A stretch of DNA of 64,000 nucleotides from NCBI GenBank assembly GCA_963762145.1, contig CAVXJS010000013.1, forward strand, positions 64,001-128,000, in the 5' to 3' direction. The stretch's first letter is position 1. Each line of letters begins with the position of its first letter. Source of the stretch: an uncultured Candidatus Rokubacteria bacterium. Its GTDB lineage: Bacteria; Methylomirabilota; Methylomirabilia; Rokubacteriales; CSP1-6. Made by a program: the position numbers and the translations under genes. A model generated the notes under the pieces. It was not told the origin of the DNA, searched no databases, and was given only the letters and a program-made list of their open reading frames with translations. Shown here piece after piece: positions 1 to 10,759 of this stretch.

Positions 1-412
1 GACCGACTGCGTCTTCTGCAAGATCCGGGACGGCCAGGTCCCTTCGATGAAGATCTTCGAGGACGACAAGACCCTGGTGTTCATGGACATCAACCCGGTC
101 AACCCGGGCCACTGTCTGGTGGTCACCAAGGCCCACGCGCCCAATCTCTACGAGGCCGAGGTCGAGGATCTCCAGGCCGCCATCGCCACCGCTCAGCGGG
201 TGGCGCGGGCGATCCGGCAAGCGCTCGAGCCCGACGGGCTCAACATGCTCCAGGCCAACGGGGTGGCCGCGTTCCAGTCGGTCCTGCACTACCACCTGCA
301 CCTGATTCCGCGGTGGAGCAACGACGGCAAGGGCTTCGACTGGCGGCTGGTGCCGGAAGACCGCGAGGTGATCATGAAGGCGGGGGAGCGCCTGCGGGCG
401 CTGCTGAACTGA
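1..412 (+). CDS. HIT family nucleotide hydrolase (start codon cut by window edge)
   Basis: Frame reads TDCVFCKI from base 2 (HIT N-terminal CxxC); histidine triad HYHLHLIPR. Confidence 0.92.
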   Translation, partial: TDCVFCKIRDGQVPSMKIFEDDKTLVFMDINPVNPGHCLVVTKAHAPNLYEAEVEDLQAAIATAQRVARAIRQALEPDGLNMLQANGVAAFQSVLHYHLHLIPRWSNDGKGFDWRLVPEDREVIMKAGERLRALLN

Positions 413-414
413 TC

Positions 415-819
415 ATGGCCGAGCGCAAGGTACGCGTGCTGGTGGCCAAGCCGGGGCTCGACGGGCACGACCGCGGCGCCAAGATCGTGGCGCGCGCCCT
501 CCGGGACGCGGGCTTCGAGGTCATCTACACGGGCTTGCACCAGACGCCGGAGCAGATCGTGGCCACCGCGGTACAGGAGGACGTGGACGCGGTGGGGCTC
601 TCGGTGCTCTCGGGGGCCCACAACTATCTCTTCGGGCGCGTGCTCGATCTTCTCAAGGAGAAGGGCGCCGACGACATCGCGGTGTTCGGCGGCGGCATCA
701 TCCCGCAGGAGGACATCCAGGCCCTCAAGGCCCTCGGGGTCAAGGAGCTGTTCACCCCGGGCACGTCGACTCAGGACATCATCCGTTTCGTGCGGGACAA
801 CATCAGGGCAGTTGCTTAG
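415..819 (+). CDS. Cobalamin-binding domain protein (acyl-CoA mutase small subunit / C-terminal domain)
   Basis: [16 protein letters not shown] (DxHxxG B12 motif), [16 protein letters not shown]. Confidence 0.93.
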   Translation: MAERKVRVLVAKPGLDGHDRGAKIVARALRDAGFEVIYTGLHQTPEQIVATAVQEDVDAVGLSVLSGAHNYLFGRVLDLLKEKGADDIAVFGGGIIPQEDIQALKALGVKELFTPGTSTQDIIRFVRDNIRAVA

Positions 820-898
820 TGAGGTGCAGCCGAAGGCGAGCCGAGCAAATGCAAGAAAGGCAGTCACCGTGTCAGCCGGTAACCGGTAGCGCGAAGTC

Positions 899-2047
899 AT
901 GAACTTCCAGCTCACCCCCGAGCAGCAGGAGGTGCGGGCGCTCGCCCGCGATTTCGCCGAGCGCGAGGTCGCGCCGGTGATCCGCCACTTCGACGAGGCC
1001 CAGGAGTTCCCCCACGAGATCATGGCCAAGCTGGCCGGGACCGGCCTCCTGGGCGCGCTGGTGCCCGAGGAGTACGGCGGGGCGGCGCTCGACTACGTCT
1101 CCTACGCCCTCGCGGTGGAAGAGCTGAACCGGGTGGACGCCTCGGTGGGCATCACGATGTGGGCGCACAACTCGCTCTGCACCAATCACATCGCGCTGTT
1201 CGGCTCGCCGGAGCAGAAGGCGGCCTACCTGCCGCGGCTGGCCCGCGGCGAGGTGCTGGGGGCGTGGGGCCTCACCGAGCCCGGGTCCGGCTCCGACGCG
1301 GCGGCGATGCGGTCGCGGGCGGTCACGGACGGCGACCACTTCGTGCTCAACGGGAGCAAGGCCTTCATCACCAACGCGGGGGTGGCCGAGATCGCGGTGG
1401 TGATGGCGGTGACCGATCCGGCGAGAGGCAACAAGGGCATCTCCGCCTTCATCCTCGAGCGGGGCACGCCCGGGTTCACCGCCGGCAAGCCGTACCGGAA
1501 GCTCGGGCTGCACGCCTCCAACACCGCCGAGCTCCACCTCGACAACGTGCACGTGCCCGCGACCGCCCTCTGCGGCGAGCGCGACATGGGCTTCGTCAAC
1601 ACCATGCAGGTGCTGGAGGGCGGCCGCATCGCGATGGCGGCCATGGGGGTCGGGATCGCGCAGGGAGCCCTCGACGAGGCGCTCAAGTACATGAAGCAGC
1701 GCTCCGCCTTCGGCAGGACCCTCGCCGAGCTCAATGGGCTGCAGGGGATGATCGCCGACATCGGCACCGAGGTGGAGGCGGCCCGCCTGCTCACCCTGCG
1801 GGCCGCCGTCCTCAAGGACGCCGGCCGCCCGGCGAAGATCGCGGCCTCGATGGCCAAGGTCTTTGCTTCCGAGGTGGCCATGAAGGCGGCGACCAAGGCG
1901 CTGCAGATCCACGGGGGGGCCGGCTACATCACCGAGTTCCCGATCGAGCGGATGTTCCGCGACGCCAAGCTGACCGAGATCGGCGAAGGGACCTCGGAGA
2001 TCCAGCGGATGGTCATCGCCCGCGACATCCTGGGCGCGCGGAGCTGA
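899..2047 (+). CDS. Acyl-CoA dehydrogenase
   Basis: WGLTEPGSGSDA, GSKAFITN, QIHGGAGY, IGEGTSEIQR. Confidence 0.95.
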   Translation: MNFQLTPEQQEVRALARDFAEREVAPVIRHFDEAQEFPHEIMAKLAGTGLLGALVPEEYGGAALDYVSYALAVEELNRVDASVGITMWAHNSLCTNHIALFGSPEQKAAYLPRLARGEVLGAWGLTEPGSGSDAAAMRSRAVTDGDHFVLNGSKAFITNAGVAEIAVVMAVTDPARGNKGISAFILERGTPGFTAGKPYRKLGLHASNTAELHLDNVHVPATALCGERDMGFVNTMQVLEGGRIAMAAMGVGIAQGALDEALKYMKQRSAFGRTLAELNGLQGMIADIGTEVEAARLLTLRAAVLKDAGRPAKIAASMAKVFASEVAMKAATKALQIHGGAGYITEFPIERMFRDAKLTEIGEGTSEIQRMVIARDILGARS

Positions 2048-2049
2048 GC

Positions 2050-2844
2050 GTGGCCGATCCGCGCGTGCTCTACGCGGCGGGACACGGGGTGGCCACCATC
2101 ACGCTGAACCGGCCAAACGTCCTCAACGCGCTCGACCGGGCCCTGACCGCGGAGCTGGCCGACGCGGCGGAGACGGCTGCGCGCGACGCCGACGTGTGGG
2201 TGGTGGTGGTGCGGGGGACGGGCCGGGCGTTCTGCTCGGGCATGGACCGCACCGTGCTGTCGGCGGGCGGGATCGACGAGGCGTTCTATCGGAACTGGGT
2301 CCGGGCGCTGAACTGCTTCGAGGACATGGACAAGGTGGTGGTCGCGGTGCTCCACGGCTACTCCATCGGCGGCGGACTCCAGCTCGCGTCGGCCTGCGAC
2401 CTGCGCCTGGCCACCAGCGACGCCGTCCTCGGCCTGGGCGCCACGCGCCACGGCCTCGTCCCGGACGGCTCGATCCTCCGCCTGGCCCGCCTGGTAGGCC
2501 TCGGCCGCGCCAAGGAGCTGACCCTGCTCAACGACCACGTGACGCCGGAGGCCGCGCTCGCCATGGGCCTCGTCAACTGGGTCGTGGAGCCGGCGGGCGT
2601 GGACGCGGCGCTCACCGCCATCGCGGAGAAAGCGTTCCATTCTTCGCGCACCGCGAACGGCCACGCCAAGCGGCTGCTGCACGCCTCCTTCCACCGCGAC
2701 CCGCGCGAGATGATCGAGGACGTGATGCGGGCCCAGCACGAGTGCATGACCTCCTGGGAGATGGAGCGGGCCAACCGGGCCTGGGACGAGCGGCGGGAGC
2801 CGCGCTTCTATCCACCGCCGTCCGGCGGCGGCTCGGCCCGATGA
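2050..2844 (+). CDS. Enoyl-CoA hydratase/isomerase (crotonase) family protein
   Basis: GTG at 2050; ITLNRPNVLNALD, AFCSGMD, IGGGLQLASACDLR. Confidence 0.88.
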   Translation: MADPRVLYAAGHGVATITLNRPNVLNALDRALTAELADAAETAARDADVWVVVVRGTGRAFCSGMDRTVLSAGGIDEAFYRNWVRALNCFEDMDKVVVAVLHGYSIGGGLQLASACDLRLATSDAVLGLGATRHGLVPDGSILRLARLVGLGRAKELTLLNDHVTPEAALAMGLVNWVVEPAGVDAALTAIAEKAFHSSRTANGHAKRLLHASFHRDPREMIEDVMRAQHECMTSWEMERANRAWDERREPRFYPPPSGGGSAR

Positions 2845-3588
2845 CCGACGACGTCATCCTGGAGACGCGGGGGCTCACCAAGGAGTTCCGCGGCTTCTTC
2901 GCGGTGAAGGACGTGGACCTCCGGATCCGCCGCGGGACCATCCACGCGCTGATCGGGCCGAACGGGGCGGGCAAGACCACCTGCTTCAACCTGCTCACCC
3001 ACTTCCTGTCGCCCACGCGCGGACGCATCACCTTCAACGGCCGCGACATCACGGGCCGCGGGCCCGCCGACATCGCGCGGCTCGGGCTCGTGCGCTCCTT
3101 CCAGATCTCCGCGGTGTTCCCGCACCTGACGGTGCTGGAGAACGTGCGCATCGCGCTGCAGCGCGGGCGCGGGCGGTCCTTCGACTTCTGGCGCTCGGAA
3201 CGGGTGCTCGACGCGTTCCACGAGCGGGCCCGCGAGCTGCTGGCCGCGGTGGACCTCGGCGCCTTCGAGGCCACTCCGGCGGTCGAGCTGCCCTACGGGC
3301 GCAAGCGCGCCCTCGAGATCGCCACCACGCTCGCGCTCGAGCCCGAGATGATGCTGCTCGACGAGCCCACCGCGGGCATGGCCCACGGGGACGTGGATCG
3401 CATCTCGGCCCTGATCCAGCAGGTGGCTCGCAACCGCACCGTGCTCATGGTCGAGCACAACCTGAGCGTGGTGGAGCACCTCTCCGACACCATCACCGTG
3501 CTGGCCCGGGGCGAGGTGCTGGCCGAGGGCGACTACGCGGCGGTCTCGCGCAATCCCGAGGTCGTGCAGGCCTACCTGGGGGCCGGCC

Positions 3589-3596
<8 letters not shown>
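2841..3596 (+). CDS. Branched-chain ABC transporter ATP-binding protein (LivG-like)
   Basis: Walker A GPNGAGKT, LPYGRKR, LLDEPTAG; ATGA overlap. Confidence 0.93.
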
Positions 3597-4293
<697 letters not shown>

Positions 4294-4337
4294 TCGCCCG
4301 TCCCACGTCGTCCTCAACCGAACGAAAGGACCAACGC

Positions 4338-5552
4338 ATGCTCAAGTACTGGATTGTCGTCACCATGGCCGCGATCGCCCTCGTCGCCCCGCCCGCGGCC
4401 CGGGCCCAGGTCTCCGACGGGGTCATCAAGATCGGCGTGCTCACCGACATGTCGAGCCTCTACGCCGACCTCTCCGGCCAGGGCTCGGTGATCGCGGCCC
4501 GCATGGCGGTGGAGGACTTCGGCGCCGCCAAGAAGGGGATGAAGGTCGAGATCGTCTCGGCCGACCATCAGAACAAGGCCGACGTCGGGTCCGGCATCGC
4601 GCGGCAGTGGCTCGACGCCGACAAGGTGGACGTGATCGTGGACACGCCCAACTCCGGGGTCGCCCTCGCGGTGACCCAGATCGTCCGAGAGAAGGGCAAG
4701 GCGTTCCTCGTCTCCGGGGCGGCGTCCTCCGACCTGACCGGCAAGGCGTGCTCGCCCAACACGATCCACTGGACCTACGACACCTGGGCGCTCGCCAACG
4801 GCACCGGCAGCGCCATCGTGAAGACGGGCGGTGACTCGTGGTTCTTCCTCACCTCCGACTACGCGTTCGGGCACGCGCTCGAGCGCGACACCGAGGCGGT
4901 GGTGCTGAAGAACGGCGGCAAGGTGCTGGGCAAGGTGCGCCACCCGCTCAATACCGCCGACTTCTCCTCGTTCTTGCTCCAGGCCCAGTCCTCGAAGGCC
5001 AAGATCATCGGGCTCGCGAACGCGGGCGGCGACACCACCAACAGCATCAAGCAGGCCGCCGAGTTCGGCATCGTCAAGGGCGGGCAGAACCTGGCCGGCC
5101 TGCTCGTGTTCATCACCGACGTGCACGCGCTCGGGCTGCAGACGGCCCAGGGCCTGATCTTCACCGAGGCCTTCTACTGGGACATGAATGACAAGACGCG
5201 CGCCTTCGCCAAGCGCTTCGCGGAGCTGGACCGCGGCATCCACCCCACCATGATCCACGCCGGGGTGTACTCCGCGACGCTGCACTACCTGAAGGCGGTG
5301 GAGGCGCTCAAGGGCGACGACGGGACCAAGGTCATCGCCAAGATGAAGGAGACGCCCACCGACGACCCGCTGTTCGGCAAGGGCACGATCCGCGCCGACG
5401 GCCGCAAGCTGCACCCCATGTACCTCTTCGAGGTCAAGAAGCCGTCGGAGTCGAAGGGCCCGTGGGACTACTACAAGACGCGCGCGACGACGCCGGCGGA
5501 GCAGGCGTTCCGGCCCATCGACCAGGGGGACTGCCCCCTGGTGAAGAAGTAG
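4338..5552 (+). CDS. Branched-chain ABC transporter substrate-binding protein
   Basis: AAGGA RBS; signal peptide ending ARA; IKIGVLTDMS, ADHQNKAD, DYAFG. Confidence 0.92.
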   Translation: MLKYWIVVTMAAIALVAPPAARAQVSDGVIKIGVLTDMSSLYADLSGQGSVIAARMAVEDFGAAKKGMKVEIVSADHQNKADVGSGIARQWLDADKVDVIVDTPNSGVALAVTQIVREKGKAFLVSGAASSDLTGKACSPNTIHWTYDTWALANGTGSAIVKTGGDSWFFLTSDYAFGHALERDTEAVVLKNGGKVLGKVRHPLNTADFSSFLLQAQSSKAKIIGLANAGGDTTNSIKQAAEFGIVKGGQNLAGLLVFITDVHALGLQTAQGLIFTEAFYWDMNDKTRAFAKRFAELDRGIHPTMIHAGVYSATLHYLKAVEALKGDDGTKVIAKMKETPTDDPLFGKGTIRADGRKLHPMYLFEVKKPSESKGPWDYYKTRATTPAEQAFRPIDQGDCPLVKK

Positions 5553-5560
5553 AGACCCGC

Positions 5561-5643
5561 CCCCTCACGCTGCCCTCTCCCCGCCGCGGGGAGAGGGTGC
5601 TCCGTCCTCCCTCTCCCCTCTGGGGAGAGGGCAGGGTGAGGGG
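5561..5643. repeat. REP-like composite palindrome, copy 1 (two CCCTCTCCCC/GGGGAGAGGG hairpins inside an outer inverted repeat)
   Basis: CCCCTCACGCTGCCCTCTCCCC ... GGGGAGAGGGCAGGGTGAGGGG; near-identical to 31191-31280. Confidence 0.85.
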
Positions 5644-5655
5644 ATCGATTCGCCA

Positions 5656-6537
5656 ATGATCTTCGGGATCCCGCCCCAGGCCCTGTTCGGCCAGCTCCTC
5701 ATCGGGCTCATCAATGGCTCGTTCTACGCCATGCTGAGCCTCGGGCTGTCCGTCATCTTCGGCCTGCTCAACATCATCAACTTCACCCACGGCGCCCAGT
5801 ACATGATGGGTGCCTTCGTCGCCTACTTCCTGCTGCAGTACGCGGGTGTCGGCTACTGGTGGGCTCTCTTGCTGGCCCCGGTCGCGGTCGGGGTGGTGGG
5901 CGTGGTGGTCGAGCGCTTCCTGCTCAAGCGCCTCTATGCCCTCGACCACCTCTACGGCCTTCTCCTCACCTTCGGCCTGGGGCTGATCATCCAGGGCATC
6001 TTCCGGAACAGCTTCGGCTCCTCGGGTCTGCCCTATGCCATTCCCGCCCAGCTCACCGGGGGCCGCAATCTCGGCTTCATGGTGCTGCCGAACTACCGGG
6101 CGTGGGTCATCGTGTTCTCGCTCGCGATCTGCCTGGCCACGTGGTTCGTCATCGAGCGCACCAAGCTCGGCTCCTACCTGCGCGCGGCGACCGAGAACCC
6201 GGCGCTCGTCCAGGCCTTCGGCGTCAACGTGCCGCGAATGATCACGCTCACCTACGGCTTCGGCGTCGCGCTGGCCGCGCTGGCGGGCGTGCTCGCCGCG
6301 CCGATCTACCAGGTGAACCCGCTGATGGGCGCCGACCTGATCATCGTGGTCTTCGCGGTGGTCGTCATCGGCGGCATGGGCTCGATCATGGGCTCGATCG
6401 TCACCGGCTTCGGGCTCGGCCTGATCGAGGGGCTGACCAAGGTGTTCTATCCCGAGGCGTCGAACACGGTGATCTTCGTCATCATGGCGCTCGTGCTGCT
6501 GGTGAAGCCGGCCGGCCTCTTCGGGCGGGCGCAGTAG
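5656..6537 (+). CDS. Branched-chain ABC transporter permease (LivH-like)
   Basis: GLSVIFGLLNIINFTHG, VVVIGGMGS; multi-TM. Confidence 0.92.
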   Translation: MIFGIPPQALFGQLLIGLINGSFYAMLSLGLSVIFGLLNIINFTHGAQYMMGAFVAYFLLQYAGVGYWWALLLAPVAVGVVGVVVERFLLKRLYALDHLYGLLLTFGLGLIIQGIFRNSFGSSGLPYAIPAQLTGGRNLGFMVLPNYRAWVIVFSLAICLATWFVIERTKLGSYLRAATENPALVQAFGVNVPRMITLTYGFGVALAALAGVLAAPIYQVNPLMGADLIIVVFAVVVIGGMGSIMGSIVTGFGLGLIEGLTKVFYPEASNTVIFVIMALVLLVKPAGLFGRAQ

Positions 6538-6538
6538 G

Positions 6539-7465
6539 ATGGCCCTGGGGCATCAGGCGGTGGTGTTCGCGTTGATGACCGCCGCCTTCCTGGTCGGTCC
6601 GTTCGTGGTCTACCCGGTCTTCCTCATGAAGGCGCTCTGCTTCGCCCTCTTTGCGTGCGCGTTCAACCTGCTGATCGGCTACGCGGGCCTGCTGTCCTTC
6701 GGCCACGCCGCCTTCCTGGGCTCGGCCGGCTACGTCACCGCGCACGCCGCGAAGGTGTGGGGCTGGCCCCCGGAGCGGGCCATCCTGCTCGGCACCGCGA
6801 CCGCGGTGCTGCTCGGCCTGGCGATCGGCGCCCTGGCGATCCGCCGGCAGGGTATCTACTTCTCGATGATCACGCTGGCCCTGGCCCAGATGCTCTTCTT
6901 CTTCTGCCTGCAGGCCCCGTTCACCCACGGGGAGGACGGCATCCAGGCGGTGCCGCGCGGGATGCTGTTCGGGTTCCTCGACCTGCGCCACACGCTCGTC
7001 ATGTACTACGTCGTGCTCGCCGTCTTCCTGGGCGGGTTCCTGCTCATCTACCGGACGATCCACTCGCCGTTCGGTCATGTGTTGAAGGCGGTGCGGGAGA
7101 ACGAACCGCGCGCCCTCTCGCTGGGCTACGAGGCCGACCGCTACAAGCTGATCGCCTTCGTGCTCTCGGCCGGGCTCTCGGGGCTGGCCGGCGGCACCAA
7201 GGCCATCGTCTTCCAGCTCGCCTCGCTCACCGACGTGCACTGGACCATGTCAGGCGAGGTCGTGCTCATGACCCTTTTGGGCGGCCTGGGCACCGTCTTC
7301 GGTCCGGTGGTGGGCGCGGTGATCGTGATCGGGCTCGAGACCTATCTGGCCCAGCTCGGGGCGTGGGTCACCGTCGTGCAGGGCATCATCTTCGTGCTCT
7401 GCGTGCTGGCCTTCCGGCGCGGGGTGGTGGGCGAGCTGGCCCGGCTGATCAGGAAGCCACTCTGA
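6539..7465 (+). CDS. Branched-chain ABC transporter permease (LivM-like)
   Basis: NLLIGYAGLLSFGHAAF, GIYFSMITLA, AVRENE, LLGGLGT. Confidence 0.92.
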   Translation: MALGHQAVVFALMTAAFLVGPFVVYPVFLMKALCFALFACAFNLLIGYAGLLSFGHAAFLGSAGYVTAHAAKVWGWPPERAILLGTATAVLLGLAIGALAIRRQGIYFSMITLALAQMLFFFCLQAPFTHGEDGIQAVPRGMLFGFLDLRHTLVMYYVVLAVFLGGFLLIYRTIHSPFGHVLKAVRENEPRALSLGYEADRYKLIAFVLSAGLSGLAGGTKAIVFQLASLTDVHWTMSGEVVLMTLLGGLGTVFGPVVGAVIVIGLETYLAQLGAWVTVVQGIIFVLCVLAFRRGVVGELARLIRKPL

Positions 7466-7816
7466 CAGGATCGCGCGGCAGCGTCGCTCGAAATCGCTGA
7501 GGACGTTCCGGTACTTCGCGTCGATCCGGGCGCGCTTCCCCTCCCACTCCGCCTCGAAGCGCTGCCGCTCCGCGGTCCGGCACGGCGTGCCCGTGGCGCC
7601 CTCGGGGCAGTGACCGAAGGCCTCCCACATGGCTTCGCGGTGGATGTCCTCGGCGCCCTCGATCTCGGCCAGCCGCAGCCGGGCGATCAGGTCGCGCCCC
7701 TGGGCCGGCCGGGCGCAATCGGGCTCGAGCTGGGCCTCCACGGGCAGGGCGACCCAGAGGGCGCCGATCAGGCAGGCGGCGGCCAGGGTCCCCCTTACCG
7801 GGAGACTCCTCCCCAC
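7250..7816 (-). CDS. Hypothetical secreted helical protein with 4 Cys in the mature part (3' end uncertain)
   Basis: Fills the 7465-7860 gap; signal-peptide-like GTLAAACLIGALWVALPVEA; ORF runs ~215 bp into livM antisense, so the true stop may be near 7460. Confidence 0.4.
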   Translation of the reverse strand: MGRSLPVRGTLAAACLIGALWVALPVEAQLEPDCARPAQGRDLIARLRLAEIEGAEDIHREAMWEAFGHCPEGATGTPCRTAERQRFEAEWEGKRARIDAKYRNVLSDFERRCRAILSEWLPDQPGQLAHHPAPEGQHAEHEDDALHDGDPRPELGQIGLEPDHDHRAHHRTEDGAQAAQKGHEHDLA

Positions 7817-7860
7817 ACTCCTGAGCGGCCCGTAAACCCTTGTCTTGGTGGGCAAAGTTC

Positions 7861-7889
7861 TTGACACCCTTCCGGCCCTGGGCTAGACT
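7861..7889 (+). promoter_or_regulatory. Sigma70 promoter for the ligase/ABC cluster
   Basis: TTGACA (7861-7866) - 17 bp - TAGACT (7884-7889). Confidence 0.7.
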
Positions 7890-8017
7890 CTCGCCACTTT
7901 ATCACCGCCAGCGCGGGTGCTCCTGATGGGCCTGATGAGCGTGACGACTCTCTCCAACGGTGCAGGTGAGCCTCGCCGCGCGCGGCCGCGCGCGATCCGC
8001 ACCTCCACGCGTACCTG

Positions 8018-9968
8018 ATGCTCGAGCCGGGCCTCGATACCTTCCCCAAGCTGGCCCTCCGCAACGCTCAGCGCCTTCCGCGGAAGATCGCCATCCGGGA
8101 GAAGGATCTGGGCATCTGGCAGTCACACACGTGGAGCCAGTATGTCGAGCAGTCGCGCCTCATCGCGCTGGGTCTGGCCGCGCTCGGCTTCGCCCGGGGT
8201 GACAAGACGGCGGTGGTCGGCGACAACCGGCCCCAGCTCTACTGGGCCATGCTGGCCACGCAGGCGCTCGGCGGGATCCCGGTGCCGCTCTACCAGGACT
8301 CCATCGAGAAGGAGATGCAGTACATCGTCGATCACGCGCAGGTGCGCTTCGCGGTGGTCGAGGACCAGGAGCAGGTCGACAAGCTGCTCCACGTCCGCGC
8401 GCACTGCCCGCAGCTCGAGTGGATCGTCTACGTGGACGGGCGGGGCCTCCGGCACTATCAGGATCTCGGCCTGCTGAGCCTCGACGAGCTCAAGGAGCGC
8501 GGGCGCAAGTTCGCCCAGGACAATCCGGGCTACTTCGATGAGGAGATCGCCCGGGGCGGAGCCGACGACACCGCGGTCATCGCCTACACGTCGGGGACCA
8601 CCGGGCAGCCCAAGGGCGCGATGCTCTCGCACCGCAACCTGATCGAGACCGCGCGCGCCGCGATCGAGCGCGAGCGCCTCACGGAGGCCGAGGAGGTCAT
8701 GGCGTACCTGCCCATGGCCTGGATCGGCGACCACATGTTCTCCTTCGGCCAGTCCGTGGTGGCGGGCTTCACCACCAACTGCCCGGAGAGCGCGGCCACG
8801 GTGCTCGCGGATCTCAAGGAGATCGGCCCCACCTACTTCTTCGCCCCGCCGCGCATCTGGGAGAACATCCTGACCTCGGTCATGATCCGGGTGGACGACA
8901 CCGCCTGGGTCAAGCGGCGCATGGTGCACGCCTTCCTGGGGCTGGCGCGCCGGGTGGAGCGCCGGCGCCTCGCGCACCGGGCTCCCGCGTGGCTCGACCG
9001 CCTGCTCTACCCGCTCGGCTGGCTGCTGGTCTACGGCCCGCTCCGCGACAACCTGGGCATGGGCAAGATCCGCGTGGCCTACACCGCGGGCGAGGCGATC
9101 GGGCCCGAGCTCTTCGAGTTCTACCGGTCGCTCGGCATCAACGTGAAGCAGCTCTACGGGATGACCGAATCGAGCGCGCTGATCTGCATCCAGGAGGACG
9201 GCGACGTCAAGCTCGACACGGTGGGCCCGCCGCTGCCCGGCGTCGAGGTGCGCATCAGCGGGACCGGCGAGGTGCTGTACCGGGGCCCGGGCGTGTTCCA
9301 GGGCTACTACCGGAACGAGGCGGCCACCCGGGAGACGCTCGACGACGGCTGGGTGCACTCGGGGGACGCGGGATTCTTCGACAAGGACGGCCACCTCAAG
9401 ATCATCGACCGGGCCCGCGACGTGGGCCGGCTCTCCGGGGGGACGATCTTCGCGCCCAAGTACCTCGAGAACAAGCTCAAGTTCTCGCCGTACGTGAAGG
9501 AGGCGGTCTGCGTGGGCCACGAGCGCGCCTTCGTGGGTGCGCTGATCAACATCGACCTGGCCTCGGTCGGCAACTGGGCGGAGCGCCGCGGCCTGGCCTA
9601 CACGAGCTACACGGATCTCGCCCAGAAGCCCGAGGTCTACGAGCTGATCCGCCAGGAGGTGGTGCGGGTCAACCGCAGCCTCCTCGACGAGGAGACGCTG
9701 CGCGGGCGCTCAGATCCGCCGCTTCCTGCTCCTGCACAAGGAGCTGGACGCGGACGACCAGGAAATCACCCGCACCCGCAAGGTGCGGCGGGGTTTCGTG
9801 GCCGAGAAGTACGCCCCCCTGATCGAGGCCCTCTACGGCGCCGCCGACCACGTCAACGTGGAGGCGCTGGTGACCTACGAGGACGGGCGCACCGGCACCG
9901 TGCGGGCCGCGGTGCGGATCACCGACGCGGAGAGCTTCTCGCGCGCGGGCGCGGGGGCGGCGGGATGA
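8018..9968 (+). CDS. Long-chain acyl-CoA synthetase (AMP-binding), frameshift near 9705
   Basis: YTSGTTGQPKG, QLYGMTE, HSGDAG; after the shift IRRFLLLHKELDADDQEITRTRKVRR to TGA 9968. Confidence 0.88.
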
Positions 9969-10759
9969 GGGTGCCGGACGGGCCCCCGCCGACGCCGCTC
10001 CTCGAGGTCAACGGGATCAGCGTGCGCTTCGGGGCGGTGCAGGCCCTCGAGCGGGTGAGCCTCGAGATCCGCCGCGGCGAGATCGTGGCCATCATCGGGC
10101 CCAATGGCGCGGGCAAGACCACCCTGCTCAACGTGGTGAGCGGCTTCTACCACCCGTACGAGGGCCAGATCCTCTTCGAGGGGCGCGACCGGACGCAGCT
10201 CCGGCCCTACGACGTGGCCGCGCTCGGCGTCGCGCGCACCTTTCAGAACGTGGCGCTCTTCAAGGGCATGAGCGTGCTCGACAACATCATGACCGGGCGG
10301 CTGCTCAAGATGCGGGGCAGCTTCCTGCTGGAGGCGCTCTACTGGGGCCCGGCCATGAAGCAGGAGCTCGAGCACCGGGCGGCGGTGGAGCGCATCATCG
10401 ACTTCCTGGAGATCCAGGCGATTCGCAAGGCCTCGGCGGGCAAGCTGCCGTACGGGCTGCAGAAGCGGGTGGAGCTGGCCCGCGCGCTCGCGGCCGAGCC
10501 CAAGCTCCTGCTGCTCGACGAGCCGATGGCGGGCATGAACGTCGAGGAGAAGGAAGACATGTGCCGGTTCATCCTCGGCGTCAACGACGAGTTCGGCACC
10601 ACCATCGCGCTGATCGAGCACGACATGAGCGTGGTGATGGATATCTCGGACCGCGTGATCGCGCTCGACTACGGGCGCAAGATCGCCGACGGCCGGCCCG
10701 ACGAGGTCCGGGCCGACCAGGGCGTGATCGACGCCTACCTGGGCGTGGCCCATGCTTGA
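9965..10759 (+). CDS. ABC transporter ATP-binding protein (LivG-like)
   Basis: GPNGAGKT, ARTFQN, LPYGLQKR, LLDEPMAG. Confidence 0.92.
   Translation: MRVPDGPPPTPLLEVNGISVRFGAVQALERVSLEIRRGEIVAIIGPNGAGKTTLLNVVSGFYHPYEGQILFEGRDRTQLRPYDVAALGVARTFQNVALFKGMSVLDNIMTGRLLKMRGSFLLEALYWGPAMKQELEHRAAVERIIDFLEIQAIRKASAGKLPYGLQKRVELARALAAEPKLLLLDEPMAGMNVEEKEDMCRFILGVNDEFGTTIALIEHDMSVVMDISDRVIALDYGRKIADGRPDEVRADQGVIDAYLGVAHA

Noticed and set aside
876-886. CCGGT-A-ACCGG palindrome before the acyl-CoA dehydrogenase
   Set aside because: Too short, with no second copy or adjacent regulator.
5561-5643. Palindromic repeats as a CRISPR array
   Set aside because: Dispersed copies, no regular repeat-spacer periodicity, no cas genes.
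7921-7960. CTGATGAG (hammerhead-like core) and repeated CCTGATG in the leader of the ligase operon
   Set aside because: No GAAA or cleavage-site elements with compatible stems; no riboswitch consensus recognised.
7977-7994. 18-bp perfect palindrome CGCGCGCGGCCGCGCGCG
   Set aside because: Low-complexity CG run expected in this genome; may be coding if the ligase starts at GTG 7966.
8018-10759. Apparent 913-aa ligase-ABC ATPase fusion
   Set aside because: Produced by a +1 indel near 9705; the ligase C-terminus and stop are in another frame, and the paralogous cassette has separate genes.
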